Source of the DNA: Clostridiaceae bacterium
GTDB taxonomy: Bacteria; Bacillota; Clostridia; Saccharofermentanales; DTU023
NCBI GenBank assembly: GCA_012518845.1
Contig: JAAYRJ010000052.1
Span: 14,381-78,380, forward strand
DNA: 64,000 nucleotides
Direction: 5' to 3'
Of the stretch, positions 49,904 to 60,225 are shown piece after piece. A program made the position numbers and the translations under genes. Position 1 is the stretch's first letter, and each line of letters begins with the position of its first letter. Below the pieces are notes generated by a model, which had not been told where the DNA came from, ran no database searches, and saw only the letters and a list, made by a program, of their open reading frames with translations.

Positions 49904-50034
49904 AATTTTCTCCTTTATATTCTGAAAATAATGTATGTTTATTCATTGATTTCTTTAGGATTCAACAATCCATGCATTATTTTTGTAAAAAAATCTATAC
50001 TAATATTGATCTTTACCAAGCTGATAACGTGGTT

Positions 50035-50063
50035 ATTATATGGATCCAGTACTTTTTTGTCAA
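50035..50063 (-). promoter_or_regulatory. Consensus sigma-A promoter for the amino-acid ABC operon
   Basis: On the minus strand: TTGACA (50063-50058), exactly 17 nt, TATAAT (50040-50035). This predicts a leader of about 125 nt. Confidence 0.6.
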
Positions 50064-50316
50064 AATAATATTACATGAAAATGAATAATTATAAGCATTT
50101 CCACAAATTGACTGAAATGCCAAAATAATTAATTGAATATTGTTCAAATTGCAGGAATACAAAAAGTGACTTTAAATATATTCAATTTTATATAAAATAT
50201 AATGTATGATAGTTTAGTTTAGATATTATTAATGAAGTAAAGAGTTTATAATCACATTAAAATCCCAAGACGTTTTAATAATAGATGTTGAATGTTTACA
50301 AAGGAGTATACTTTAA

Positions 50317-51879
50317 ATGAACAAGAGAAATAAGTTCTTATCTGTTTTTTTGAGTTTTATTTTGCTTTTTTCAGTAGCGTGTCAAGACTCATCCGATTCT
50401 GAAGCAAATATCTCCGAAGAAGATTCTGAGGTTACAGAAGATCTCAGCCAAGGAGAGTCTCAGCAAGGTGGTTCTGTTATCTTAGGAATTACCCAAGAAC
50501 CGGATTCTTTTGACCCTCATTTAGCTGCAGCTGCTGGTACTAAAGAGATAATTTATAATTTTTTTGATGGTTTAGTAAAATTGATGCCAGATAGCACCTT
50601 CGAACCTGCTTTGGCCGAGAGCTATGATGTTTCAGATGATGCAAAGATCTTTACTTTTAAAATTCGAGAAAATGTAACCTTTCATAATGGTAAAGAACTG
50701 ACAGTAGATGATGTTGTCTATTCTTTAGAAAATGCAGCAGGGATAAATGACGGAACTCTAAAAGTTCCCCAATTGAGTATTATTGATTCTGTTGAAGCTG
50801 ATCCAGAACAAAATGAGGTATCTGTAACTTTAAAAGAATCCGATGCAGATTTTATAACGTATATGACTTTAGCTATTGTACCTGAAGATTATTCAGAACA
50901 AGCGACTGAACCGATAGGTACAGGACCTTTTGTCTTTACAGAATATCAGCCACAACAACATGTAAAAATGGAAAAGAATGAAAACTATTGGCGTGAGCGT
51001 ATAGCCTACTTAGATGAAGTTACCTTTTTGATCGTCCCATCTGCAGATGCAGCTATTGTAGATTTACAAGCTGGTAATATAGATATTTTCCCATATCTAA
51101 CAGCAGATAAAAAGGATTTGCTCAAAGATCAATATAACTTTGTTACTGCTGATTCAAATATGGTTCAAGTATGGGGTTTAAACAATCAAGAAGAGCCATT
51201 TGATGATCCGATCGTAAGAAAAGCAATGGATATGGCAGTAGATAAACAAATGATAGTTGAAGCTGTTACTTTTGGTGAAGGTAAAGTCTTGGAATCTGGT
51301 ATGGCACCATCTATGGGGCAGTATTACAATTCAAATTTAGAAAGCCAATATAATCCTGAAGAAGCAAAAAAACTCTTAGAAGAAAATGGTTACTCTGATT
51401 TAAATATTACCATCACTGTACCAGGCAATTATGTTATTCACGTACAAACAGCAGAAGTCATAGCTGAAAATCTTGATGCAATTGGCGTTCAAGCAGATAT
51501 TAAATCTGTAGATTGGGGTACCTGGCTTTCTGATGTTTTTCAAGGACGTAACCATCAGTCAACAGTTATTGCCTTGACTTTTGATCATGTGGCTCCAGCT
51601 ACTGTACTCAGTTATTACTATAGCCCAAGCGATATGAATTTTATTAATTATAGCAATCCGGAGTTTGATGCTTTGTTTGAAGAAGCTCAATCTATTACGA
51701 ATGAAGACCAACGTGTTAAGCTATATCATGAAATGCAACAAATGCTACAAACAGATGCTGCCTCGGTATTTATCCAGAATCCAGGCGTGCAAACTGCAAT
51801 CAGCAAAAAATTAGGTGGTTACACAACTTATCCACAATACGTTCAAGATATGTATGAAGTGTATTTTGTAGCTGAATAA
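50317..51879 (+). CDS. ABC transporter substrate-binding lipoprotein, family 5 (peptide/nickel type)
   Basis: Lipobox LFSVAC-QD, an acidic linker and a family-5 SBP body. Confidence 0.85.
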   Translation: MNKRNKFLSVFLSFILLFSVACQDSSDSEANISEEDSEVTEDLSQGESQQGGSVILGITQEPDSFDPHLAAAAGTKEIIYNFFDGLVKLMPDSTFEPALAESYDVSDDAKIFTFKIRENVTFHNGKELTVDDVVYSLENAAGINDGTLKVPQLSIIDSVEADPEQNEVSVTLKESDADFITYMTLAIVPEDYSEQATEPIGTGPFVFTEYQPQQHVKMEKNENYWRERIAYLDEVTFLIVPSADAAIVDLQAGNIDIFPYLTADKKDLLKDQYNFVTADSNMVQVWGLNNQEEPFDDPIVRKAMDMAVDKQMIVEAVTFGEGKVLESGMAPSMGQYYNSNLESQYNPEEAKKLLEENGYSDLNITITVPGNYVIHVQTAEVIAENLDAIGVQADIKSVDWGTWLSDVFQGRNHQSTVIALTFDHVAPATVLSYYYSPSDMNFINYSNPEFDALFEEAQSITNEDQRVKLYHEMQQMLQTDAASVFIQNPGVQTAISKKLGGYTTYPQYVQDMYEVYFVAE

Positions 51880-52895
51880 TGACAAGATATATTGTTAAAA
51901 AAATTATAGATATGATAATTACGATTTTTATTATCGTATTAATCGTTTTTGCCATGTTTGAATTAATTCCTGGCAATCCAGCTCGGATCATGTTGGGGAT
52001 GAATGCTAGTAATGCTCAAGTAGCTGCTTTAGAAGCAGAACTTGGTCTAGATAAGTCAATTTTTGTCAAAATATATACTTATTTTTCAGATTTATTTAAC
52101 GGCGATTTAGGTTTTTCCTTCCGTTTTCAAAGACCTGTCATAGAGCTAATAACTGAAGCCCTACCTTATACGTTGTTTCTGGCTTTATATGCCTTCTTTT
52201 TTATCATTATTTTGGCTATTCCTTTAGCAATTTTGGCAGCAAGAAAACCAAATTCTAAATTAGACAATTTTATCAGAATATCATCAGAAACATGTCTTGC
52301 CATTCCACCTTTTTTTATGGCTATTATCTTGATGTTAATTTTTAGAACATCACAATTGGCTTTACAAGGTGGAAGTGTTGATTTTGATCTTAACAATGCC
52401 TTCCAAAGTTATTGGATGCCAGCTCTAGCTATTGCTTTATCGAGGCTTGCTATGGCAATGGAATTTTTACGTGATTCAATTATTGAACAAAGGGAATCAG
52501 ATTATGTAAAAACAGCAATTGGTAAAGGAGCTTCAAGATCCAGAGTTATGTTCTTTCATATTTTTCGAAATAGCTTAGTTCCTTTTATAACTGCACTGGG
52601 CTTAATCCTGGCTGAGGTTTTTAGTGGCAGTATCATCATTGAGCAAGTTTTCTTAATACCTGGTCTTGGTCGTTCATTAGTAACAGCTGTAGAGGCAAGA
52701 GACTTTCAACTGACTCAAGGTATTGTTTTACTTATTGCTTTTATTGTCGTCTTTGTGAATTTTTGCGTTGATCTTATTAATCAATTTATTGACCCTAGAA
52801 TCCGTGAGCAAAATAAAAAACTTTACAAAAGCAGAAATACATTTTTCTTAAGAATGAAAAATCAAGCTAATTTAGATTCACAAAAAAAGAGGTGA
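51879..52895 (+). CDS. ABC transporter permease (DppB/NikB-like)
   Basis: BPD-transport permease with the YVKTAIGKGAS EAA loop. Confidence 0.85.
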   Translation: MTRYIVKKIIDMIITIFIIVLIVFAMFELIPGNPARIMLGMNASNAQVAALEAELGLDKSIFVKIYTYFSDLFNGDLGFSFRFQRPVIELITEALPYTLFLALYAFFFIIILAIPLAILAARKPNSKLDNFIRISSETCLAIPPFFMAIILMLIFRTSQLALQGGSVDFDLNNAFQSYWMPALAIALSRLAMAMEFLRDSIIEQRESDYVKTAIGKGASRSRVMFFHIFRNSLVPFITALGLILAEVFSGSIIIEQVFLIPGLGRSLVTAVEARDFQLTQGIVLLIAFIVVFVNFCVDLINQFIDPRIREQNKKLYKSRNTFFLRMKNQANLDSQKKR

Positions 52896-52898
52896 ATC

Positions 52899-53798
52899 AT
52901 GAAATTGACTACCGGAAAACTAAACAATAATCTCGATCAAATTCGTAATCCTAAGCTTAAACGTGATCTTTATACAGATAGTTCAGTGTTAAATTCTGCT
53001 CGCAAGCAATTTTTTATTGGAGTTATTTTATTGGGGATACCATTAATACTATATTTAATTTCCCTAATTTATAAACCATATGGTGTTACCGAAATGAATC
53101 CATTAGACCGCTTTCAAGGCCCCAGTGTAAAACACTGGTTTGGTACTGACAATTACGGGCGAGATGTTTTTGTAAGGGCAATGTCAGCCTTTCCTATTAC
53201 CATATTTGTATCGCTAGGAATAAATTTTATCGGTTGTTTCTTTGGGTCAATTATAGGAGCGTTGAGTGGTTATTTTGCCGGTGTATTAGACTATATTTTT
53301 AGTCGTTTAACTGAAGCCTTATTATCAATTCCTATGATCTTAATGGGCTTACTTTTTGTTTCTAGCTTTGGTAATGGTGTCATTCAAGTTATTGTAGCTT
53401 TAGGTATTATGTTCATCCCTTCTTATGCAAGAATTGTTAGAAGTGGTTTTTTGGAATACCGTCAACGTAACTTCGTTAAGAGGTTGCAACTTTTAGGATC
53501 TTCTTCGGGGAGAATAATATTTAAACATCTTTTTCCTTTAATAAAATCGAGATTATTGTCAGCTCTGGCTTTGGGTTTTTCTAATGCAATTTTAGCTGAA
53601 TCTTCGCTTAGTTTTTTAGGTCTTGGCGTGCCAACTGATCAGATCACTTGGGGACGAATGTTAAAAGACGCCCAAGGCTTTGTTTTCCAAGGAGTATCCG
53701 CCGCAATATTTCCTGGCATTTTAATTGTGGTGATAGTACTTGGCTCATTTTTTGTCAGTCATTCCTTTAAACTAAGAGATCAAGAAAATAAACTTTAA
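52899..53798 (+). CDS. ABC transporter permease (DppC/NikC-like)
   Basis: Contains the N-terminal GTDNYGRDVF motif typical of DppC/OppC-type permeases. Confidence 0.85.
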   Translation: MKLTTGKLNNNLDQIRNPKLKRDLYTDSSVLNSARKQFFIGVILLGIPLILYLISLIYKPYGVTEMNPLDRFQGPSVKHWFGTDNYGRDVFVRAMSAFPITIFVSLGINFIGCFFGSIIGALSGYFAGVLDYIFSRLTEALLSIPMILMGLLFVSSFGNGVIQVIVALGIMFIPSYARIVRSGFLEYRQRNFVKRLQLLGSSSGRIIFKHLFPLIKSRLLSALALGFSNAILAESSLSFLGLGVPTDQITWGRMLKDAQGFVFQGVSAAIFPGILIVVIVLGSFFVSHSFKLRDQENKL

Positions 53799-53821
53799 TA
53801 TAAACTTAAAATGGTGATAAA

Positions 53822-54862
53822 ATGACTCGACGATTAGGACATTCATTAGTTAATAAATCAGATATCTTGCGGGTAGAAAATCTCAAAGTAACCTCAGCCA
53901 ATGGTGCAGAATTAGTAAGAGATATTTCACTAAATGTTAAACGAGGTGAAATTGTTGGTCTGGTCGGTGAATCAGGTAGTGGTAAAAGCATAACGATTAT
54001 GTCTATTGCAGGACTTTTACCGAAAGGAATTTCAATAGCTTCAGGTAGAGTGTTTTTTGAGGGAAGAGATATTACTAAATTAACAAATAATCAGCGCCAA
54101 ACAATTAATGGCAGTCGCTTAGGTGTTATTTATCAAGATGCTGCTCAGGCTTTAAATCCTTTGATGACAATTGGTAAACAAATTGGTGAAGTATTACAGA
54201 TCCACACTAAAATGCCTAGAAAAGAAATTAAATATCGAATTTTGGCAGCGATGCGTGCTGTAAACTTGCCAGATCCTGAAAAAACTTATAAAAGTTATCC
54301 ACACGAATTATCTGGCGGACAAAGACAAAGAGTTTTGATAGCAATGGCAATTATTAACAACCCGGAATTACTAATAGCAGATGAGCCAACTACAGCTTTA
54401 GATGTTAATGTTAAGATCCAAGTATTAGAATTAATAAAAATCATTAATGAAAGCAAAAATTTGTCAGTTCTATATATTTCGCATGATTTATCTACGATAC
54501 AACATATTTGTGATCGAGTTTATGTACTTTATGCTGGAATTCCGGTCGAGGTAGGAAGGACAGAGCAAATTATCCACGAACCTAAACATCCATATACCAG
54601 TTTGTTAATTGATTCTGCCCCAACCAAAGAAAAGCGTGGAAAAAAATTAGCAGTAATGAAACCCCGTGTACAGGATCAAAGGGGTCCTGCTACTAACTGT
54701 CAATTTGCTAGTCGTTGTCCTTTTGCCTTTAAAAAATGTTATCAGAAAATTCCTCATATGATTTCTGCAGGTAAAAATCATGAAGTAGCATGTTTTTTAT
54801 ATAATAAGAATTTTTCCGAGTCTGAAAAGATAAGAACGAGTGAGCAACCCGATGAAAAATAA
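53822..54862 (+). CDS. ABC transporter ATPase (DppD-like)
   Basis: GESGSGKS, LSGGQRQR and LLIADEPTT. Confidence 0.9.
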   Translation: MTRRLGHSLVNKSDILRVENLKVTSANGAELVRDISLNVKRGEIVGLVGESGSGKSITIMSIAGLLPKGISIASGRVFFEGRDITKLTNNQRQTINGSRLGVIYQDAAQALNPLMTIGKQIGEVLQIHTKMPRKEIKYRILAAMRAVNLPDPEKTYKSYPHELSGGQRQRVLIAMAIINNPELLIADEPTTALDVNVKIQVLELIKIINESKNLSVLYISHDLSTIQHICDRVYVLYAGIPVEVGRTEQIIHEPKHPYTSLLIDSAPTKEKRGKKLAVMKPRVQDQRGPATNCQFASRCPFAFKKCYQKIPHMISAGKNHEVACFLYNKNFSESEKIRTSEQPDEK

Positions 54863-55631
54863 CATTTTGGAAGTTAAGCATTTATTTGTAGATTATTCTG
54901 TTAGCAAGCAAAAAACAGATTATGTACTTAGAGATTTGTCGCTAAATATTGTTGAACATGAGTTTCTGGGTTTAGTTGGTGAGTCGGGTTCAGGTAAATC
55001 TACTTTAGCCAATACCATTGCTGGATTTTTAGAACCAGTAGAAGGTGAAATATTTTTTAGAAGAAATTCTTTACAAAACTTGTCCTTTAAAGAAAAAATA
55101 AAGACAACTAATGCAGGCATCCAAATGGTTTTTCAAGATCCTTATGATTCATTTGACCCAATTATGACTATAGGAGAGCAATTAGAAGAACCACTAATTA
55201 TCCAAGATAAGCTAAACAAACAAAATAGAAAAAATAAAGTTTTCGAAATGTTACACAATATAGGCTTGGTAGAAGAATATGCGAATCGATATCCTAGACA
55301 ATTATCGGGAGGACAATTGCAAAGAGTGGCAATTGGTTCTGCACTTATTACAGAACCAGATTTATTGTTAGCTGATGAACCTGTTTCATCATTAGATGTC
55401 TCCGTTCAAGCACAAGTCTTGGATCTTTTACAAGATTTAAGAAAAAAAATAGGTTTTGCTTGTCTATTTATATCACATGATTTATCTGTAATTCAGTTTT
55501 TATGCGATCGAATTGCAGTTTTAAATCAGGGTACGATTGTCGAAGTAGGTAAAGTGGATGAAATTTTTGACAATCCACAAAATCCGTATACTAGACAACT
55601 AATAGAAGATTCGGAATTTTTATCCATATAG
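54852..55631 (+). CDS. ABC transporter ATPase (DppF-like)
   Basis: [17 protein letters not shown] and LLLADEPVS. The ATG at 54852 is preferred over the GTG at 54840. Confidence 0.88.
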   Translation: MKNNILEVKHLFVDYSVSKQKTDYVLRDLSLNIVEHEFLGLVGESGSGKSTLANTIAGFLEPVEGEIFFRRNSLQNLSFKEKIKTTNAGIQMVFQDPYDSFDPIMTIGEQLEEPLIIQDKLNKQNRKNKVFEMLHNIGLVEEYANRYPRQLSGGQLQRVAIGSALITEPDLLLADEPVSSLDVSVQAQVLDLLQDLRKKIGFACLFISHDLSVIQFLCDRIAVLNQGTIVEVGKVDEIFDNPQNPYTRQLIEDSEFLSI

Positions 55632-55658
55632 ACACATTTTGTAGTGTTATATTTATTA

Positions 55659-55687
55659 TTGACAAATTAAGCTATTATATGAATATT
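55659..55687 (+). promoter_or_regulatory. Putative promoter of lysA-ask
   Basis: TTGACA (55659-55664), 17-nt spacer, AATATT (55682-55687). The remaining leader is too short for an L-box. Confidence 0.35.
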
Positions 55688-55714
55688 CTTTATATTTGAA
55701 TAGGGAGTGAGCTT

Positions 55715-57025
55715 ATGAAATTACATGGCACAATGACAGTGAAAAATAACAAGCTTAACATCGGTGGAATTGTTGTTAATGAATTAGCTAAGGAGTTTGG
55801 TACCCCTTTATATGTTTTTGACGAAGCTGATTTTATTGAACGAGCACATCTATTTCTTGATAATTTTGTATCAGAAAGATTTGATACCACAGTTTATTAT
55901 GCAGGAAAAACTTTCTCGAATCTTTACATTTTTGGTCTAATTAAAGAATTGGGACTTGCTTTAGATGTAGTTAGTGAAGGTGAGTTATTTACTGCAATCA
56001 AAGCAGGGGTTAACCCAGAAAGTATTATTTTGCATGGTAACAACAAATTGCAAAGAGAGCTTGAAATGGCTTTAGATTACAAGATCAGTCGTATTGTTAT
56101 TGACCATCCAACTGAATATCAATTATTATCAAAACTCTGCCAGGAACGACAGCAAACAATCAAGGTTTTATTACGCATTAATCCTGGGATTGAGGCAGAT
56201 ACACATGCCTTTATCAAAACTAGTACCGAAGATTCTAAATTTGGTATGAATACTGCTGATCAAGCAACTTATACATTGCTAAATGAAATTGCTCAAGATC
56301 CTTATATTGATTTGGTGGGTATCCATTGCCATATTGGCTCTCAAGTCCTAAACAAAAAATTCTTTTTTGAAGAAGCAGAAATAGTTCTAGATTTTGTTCA
56401 TCAAATTAGAGAAGAACATAATATCTCTTTGCCAGAAATTAATTTGGGTGGTGGCTTTGGTGTATATTATACGTCAGAAGATCAACCTTTTAATCTGGAG
56501 ACATTTTTGCCCACTTATATAGAAATAATTGAAAAAAAGATTGAAGAGTATAATTTAGAAATAAAAAATATTGCGATTGAACCAGGCAGAGCATTGATTA
56601 ATGACAGTGGTAGCCTCATTTATAAAATCGGAGCTGTTAAATATCCTTATCGTGGCAATCCCTATATTTTTGTAGATGGTGGTATGAGCGACAATATTAG
56701 GCCTGCATTATATGGTGCAAAATATGAAGCCGCTTTACCAAATCGAATCAATGATGAACCAGAAGCAGTTTTTAAAGTTGCTGGAAAATTGTGCGAATCT
56801 GGAGATGTTTTAATCGAAGAAGCAAAACTACCAATGCCTGATCAAAATGATTTACTTATCATTCCTGCTGCCGGAGCTTATACTTTTTCCATGAGTTCAA
56901 ATTACAATCGCTTACCTAAACCTGCAGTCGTTTTTGTTAATGATGGTCAAGCAAAGCTGGCTGTCAAAAGAGAAGATTATAATGATCTAATCCGTAATGA
57001 CTTACCTTACACAGAAAGTGAATAA
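55715..57025 (+). CDS. lysA: Diaminopimelate decarboxylase
   Basis: FGTPLYVFDE, YAGKTFSN (PLP lysine), GGGFG, CESGD and GAY motifs. Confidence 0.93.
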   Translation: MKLHGTMTVKNNKLNIGGIVVNELAKEFGTPLYVFDEADFIERAHLFLDNFVSERFDTTVYYAGKTFSNLYIFGLIKELGLALDVVSEGELFTAIKAGVNPESIILHGNNKLQRELEMALDYKISRIVIDHPTEYQLLSKLCQERQQTIKVLLRINPGIEADTHAFIKTSTEDSKFGMNTADQATYTLLNEIAQDPYIDLVGIHCHIGSQVLNKKFFFEEAEIVLDFVHQIREEHNISLPEINLGGGFGVYYTSEDQPFNLETFLPTYIEIIEKKIEEYNLEIKNIAIEPGRALINDSGSLIYKIGAVKYPYRGNPYIFVDGGMSDNIRPALYGAKYEAALPNRINDEPEAVFKVAGKLCESGDVLIEEAKLPMPDQNDLLIIPAAGAYTFSMSSNYNRLPKPAVVFVNDGQAKLAVKREDYNDLIRNDLPYTESE

Positions 57026-57064
57026 TTTTGGTGATAATTTAGCAGATGTTAAGAAGGACATTTT

Positions 57065-58270
57065 ATGAATACATTAGTTATGAAATTTGGTGGTAGTTCT
57101 GTCTCAACTACAGATAAAATCAAAGATGTAGCAGAACTAATTTTGCATCGCAAATCAGCAGGACATAAGGTTGTAGTTGTTGTTTCGGCCATGGGCGATA
57201 CGACTGACAATTTATTATTTTTAGCAAATAGACTGGCAAAAAAGCCATATGAAAAAGAACTTGATATGCTTTTATCTAGCGGAGAAATTGTTTCTGCTTC
57301 ATTATTAGCTATGCATTTAATTGATTTAGGCCATCCAGCTCAAAGCTTTACAGGTTTTCAAGCAGGTTTCAAGACGCGTGGTCAACATTTAAGCAGTCAA
57401 ATAGAAACTATCGATCCCCATAGAATTTTGGAGTCACTCAATTTAGATAAAATTGTTATTGTTGCAGGCTTTCAAGGTATGAATGCCGAAGGTGAAATTA
57501 CTACTTTAGGTAGAGGCGGCTCTGATACTTCGGCAGTTGCTTTAGCTGCAAAGCTGAAAGCAAAATGCGAAATATATACAGATGTAGCTGGTATTTATAC
57601 AGTCGATCCACGTATTAGACCTTACGCAAAAAAATTAAGTCAAGTTACCTATGAGGAAGCTGTTGAAATGGCAAATTTAGGGGCAAAAATCATTGCTGCT
57701 AGAAGTGTGGAGTTAGCATCAAAGTATCAAGTTCCACTTTATGTCGCTTTAAATACAGGTGAGGTAGAAGGCACATACATCAACAATGAACAGGAGAATT
57801 CTATGATTGAGAATATGGAAGAAATTCGTTTGACCAATATTTCAAAGATCGATGATGTTTTATTAGTAAATTTGGAAAAGCTAGAAAAAATAGATGAAAA
57901 GGTGACAAAATGTTTTTTAGCTTTGGCAAACGCAAATATAAATATTGATATTTTAAATCAAATCCTATTAAAAGATAATCATTCTGCCGTTTCTTTTACT
58001 GCTAATAAAAGCGATAAAGCCGGAATTATTGAAATTCTGAATGAATTGAATTTTTCTTATAAAATAAAAGAAGATTTAACAAAAGTTTCGATAATTGGTT
58101 CTGCAATGCGTCATCAAGCAGGTGTTGCTGCGGAAGCATTTCGAGTTTTTGTTGACCAAAATATTCCTTATTATATGATTTCTACTTCGGACATTAGCAT
58201 CTCTTATGTAGTAGATACAGCAAATACAAAGCAAATTGTAAATGCTCTGGCAGATAAGTTTAATTTGTAA
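57065..58270 (+). CDS. Aspartate kinase (second paralogue, lysine-cluster copy)
   Basis: KFGGSSV, VVVVSAMGDTTD, LGRGGSDTSA and two C-terminal ACT domains. Confidence 0.9.
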   Translation: MNTLVMKFGGSSVSTTDKIKDVAELILHRKSAGHKVVVVVSAMGDTTDNLLFLANRLAKKPYEKELDMLLSSGEIVSASLLAMHLIDLGHPAQSFTGFQAGFKTRGQHLSSQIETIDPHRILESLNLDKIVIVAGFQGMNAEGEITTLGRGGSDTSAVALAAKLKAKCEIYTDVAGIYTVDPRIRPYAKKLSQVTYEEAVEMANLGAKIIAARSVELASKYQVPLYVALNTGEVEGTYINNEQENSMIENMEEIRLTNISKIDDVLLVNLEKLEKIDEKVTKCFLALANANINIDILNQILLKDNHSAVSFTANKSDKAGIIEILNELNFSYKIKEDLTKVSIIGSAMRHQAGVAAEAFRVFVDQNIPYYMISTSDISISYVVDTANTKQIVNALADKFNL

Positions 58271-58350
58271 GTTGTTTTGATTTGATATATAGAAAGTTGG
58301 TAATAATCCGACAATTAAAAATAGGAATTGAACAATTACGGATCAATTTA

Positions 58351-58380
58351 TTGTAATAATTAATCTAAATTATGTATAAT
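58351..58380 (+). promoter_or_regulatory. Putative promoter of dapA-dapB-ddh
   Basis: TTGTAA (58351-58356), 18-nt spacer, TATAAT (58375-58380). Confidence 0.35.
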
Positions 58381-58454
58381 TAATTTTATCTATCGTAAAA
58401 CACATTAAATCATAACGTTTGAAAACGATGATTGTAATTAAATAGGAGGTAGCT

Positions 58455-59339
58455 ATGTTATTTCAAGGTTCGGGCGTTGCTCTAGTCACACCTTTTACTG
58501 ATCAAGGAGAAGTAGATTACTCTGCATTGGATAAGTTAATCGATTTTCATTTAGAAAATAAGACGGATGCGATTATCTCTATGGGAACTACTGGTGAAGC
58601 ATCTACAGTTTCAGATCAAGAACAGATCGAAGTGATTGAATATACAGTTAAACGTGTTGCGGGCAAAATTCCTGTCATTGCTGGTACTGGCATTAATCAT
58701 ACTGATCATGCTATAGGACTTAGCGTAGAAGCAGAAGCAGTTGGTGCAGATGGCTTGTTACTTGTAACACCGTATTATAATAAAGCCACTAAACGTGGTT
58801 TGTATGAGCATTACAAAGCAATTGCGGAAAGTGTCAAAATACCATCTATTTTATATACTGTTCCAGGACGAACTGCTGTTGAAATTCCAGTTGGTCTAGC
58901 TAAAGAATTATCTGAAATTGATAATATTGTCGGCATAAAAGATGCAACTGGTAATCTTGCTTATACTGTTGCCCTTAGAAACGCAGTCCCAGAGGATTTT
59001 GCTATCTATTCAGGCAATGATGATGTTATAGTTCCATTAATGTCTGTTGGTGGTAATGGTGTAATTTCTGTTTTAGCAAATGTATTGCCTGAAGAAACAC
59101 ATAATATGGTTCAAGCATGTTTAGATGGAGACTTTGGAGCAGGTGCTGAAATTCAGGTTAAACTTTATCCTTTTATTAATGCACTCTTCCATGAAGTTAA
59201 TCCTGTCCCTGTTAAAGCTGCATTAGAACTTTTAGGTATGTGTGACAGCAACTTACGCCTTCCTTTAACATCCGCAGAGCCGGCAACATATGATTTACTC
59301 AAAAAACACTTGATTGATTTAGGTTACCTAGAGTCATAA
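58455..59339 (+). CDS. dapA: 4-hydroxy-tetrahydrodipicolinate synthase
   Basis: GTTGE, TPYYNK and IVGIKDATG (Schiff-base lysine) motifs. Confidence 0.94.
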   Translation: MLFQGSGVALVTPFTDQGEVDYSALDKLIDFHLENKTDAIISMGTTGEASTVSDQEQIEVIEYTVKRVAGKIPVIAGTGINHTDHAIGLSVEAEAVGADGLLLVTPYYNKATKRGLYEHYKAIAESVKIPSILYTVPGRTAVEIPVGLAKELSEIDNIVGIKDATGNLAYTVALRNAVPEDFAIYSGNDDVIVPLMSVGGNGVISVLANVLPEETHNMVQACLDGDFGAGAEIQVKLYPFINALFHEVNPVPVKAALELLGMCDSNLRLPLTSAEPATYDLLKKHLIDLGYLES

Positions 59340-59413
59340 TCTGTTTCTTATTACTATAGGTTTTATTTTTTCATAACATAATGAATATGATGATTAGAAA
59401 ATAGGGGAATAAG

Positions 59414-60163
59414 ATGAAAATACTGATGTCGGGTGCAACTGGCAAAATGGGTCGGATGATTTTTCAGATGTTAGAACAATCTAAGCAACATCAGATTATT
59501 GCTGGTTTTGCTGTAGAGTTAGATGAAAAATTACCATTTCCTATATATCTAAATTTAGAAGAATGTCAGGAAACGGATGAGATTGAGATGATTATTGATT
59601 TTTCATCTCCTAATTCTTTAGCTGATTTATTGAATTTTGCTTTAGCAAACAAAAAGCCAATTATTTTAGCTTCGACTGGTTATTCTGCGGAGCAAGAAGA
59701 ACAAATAAAAAAGGCTTCAAAAAGCATTCCCATTTTACATTCCAAGAATATGAGTCTTGGCATTAATGTGATGCAAATGCTGGTCGAAAGAATGGCAGCT
59801 GCTTTAAGTGATTTTGATATAGAAATTATCGAAAAACATCATCGCTATAAAAAGGATTCACCTAGTGGTACTGCAAAAATGCTTTTTGAATCTGTCAATA
59901 AAGGCAGGGATAACAAGCTAACAGAATTGGATGGGCGTGCGGGCATGTATGATAGCAGAGAAATTAATGAAGTTGGTGTTTCTGCTCTCAGAGGTGGCAC
60001 GATCGTCGGTGAACATTCGGTTATTTTTGCTGGTGAAGATGAAATATTAGAAATTAAACATACAGCTAATTCAAGAGCAATTTTTGCAAATGGTGCTATT
60101 AAAGCTGCAGAGTTTTTGCTAGATCAAAAGCCAGGTTTTTATACAATGAATGATGTACTTTAA
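59414..60163 (+). CDS. dapB: 4-hydroxy-tetrahydrodipicolinate reductase
   Basis: GATGKMG and EKHHRYKKDSPSGTA motifs. Confidence 0.92.
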   Translation: MKILMSGATGKMGRMIFQMLEQSKQHQIIAGFAVELDEKLPFPIYLNLEECQETDEIEMIIDFSSPNSLADLLNFALANKKPIILASTGYSAEQEEQIKKASKSIPILHSKNMSLGINVMQMLVERMAAALSDFDIEIIEKHHRYKKDSPSGTAKMLFESVNKGRDNKLTELDGRAGMYDSREINEVGVSALRGGTIVGEHSVIFAGEDEILEIKHTANSRAIFANGAIKAAEFLLDQKPGFYTMNDVL

Positions 60164-60225
60164 TTGTTGGATAAATACTTTTTAGCTTGATAGTTATGTG
60201 ACAAACAAAAATATATGAGGTTTAG

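Noticed and set aside
58271-58454. A lysine (L-box) riboswitch upstream of dapA, and also upstream of lysA at 55632-55714.
   Set aside because: The sequences are very AT-rich and lack the conserved G-rich L-box segments. The lysA leader is far too short. Only a 5+4 bp hairpin (about 58410-58433) without a U-tract is present.
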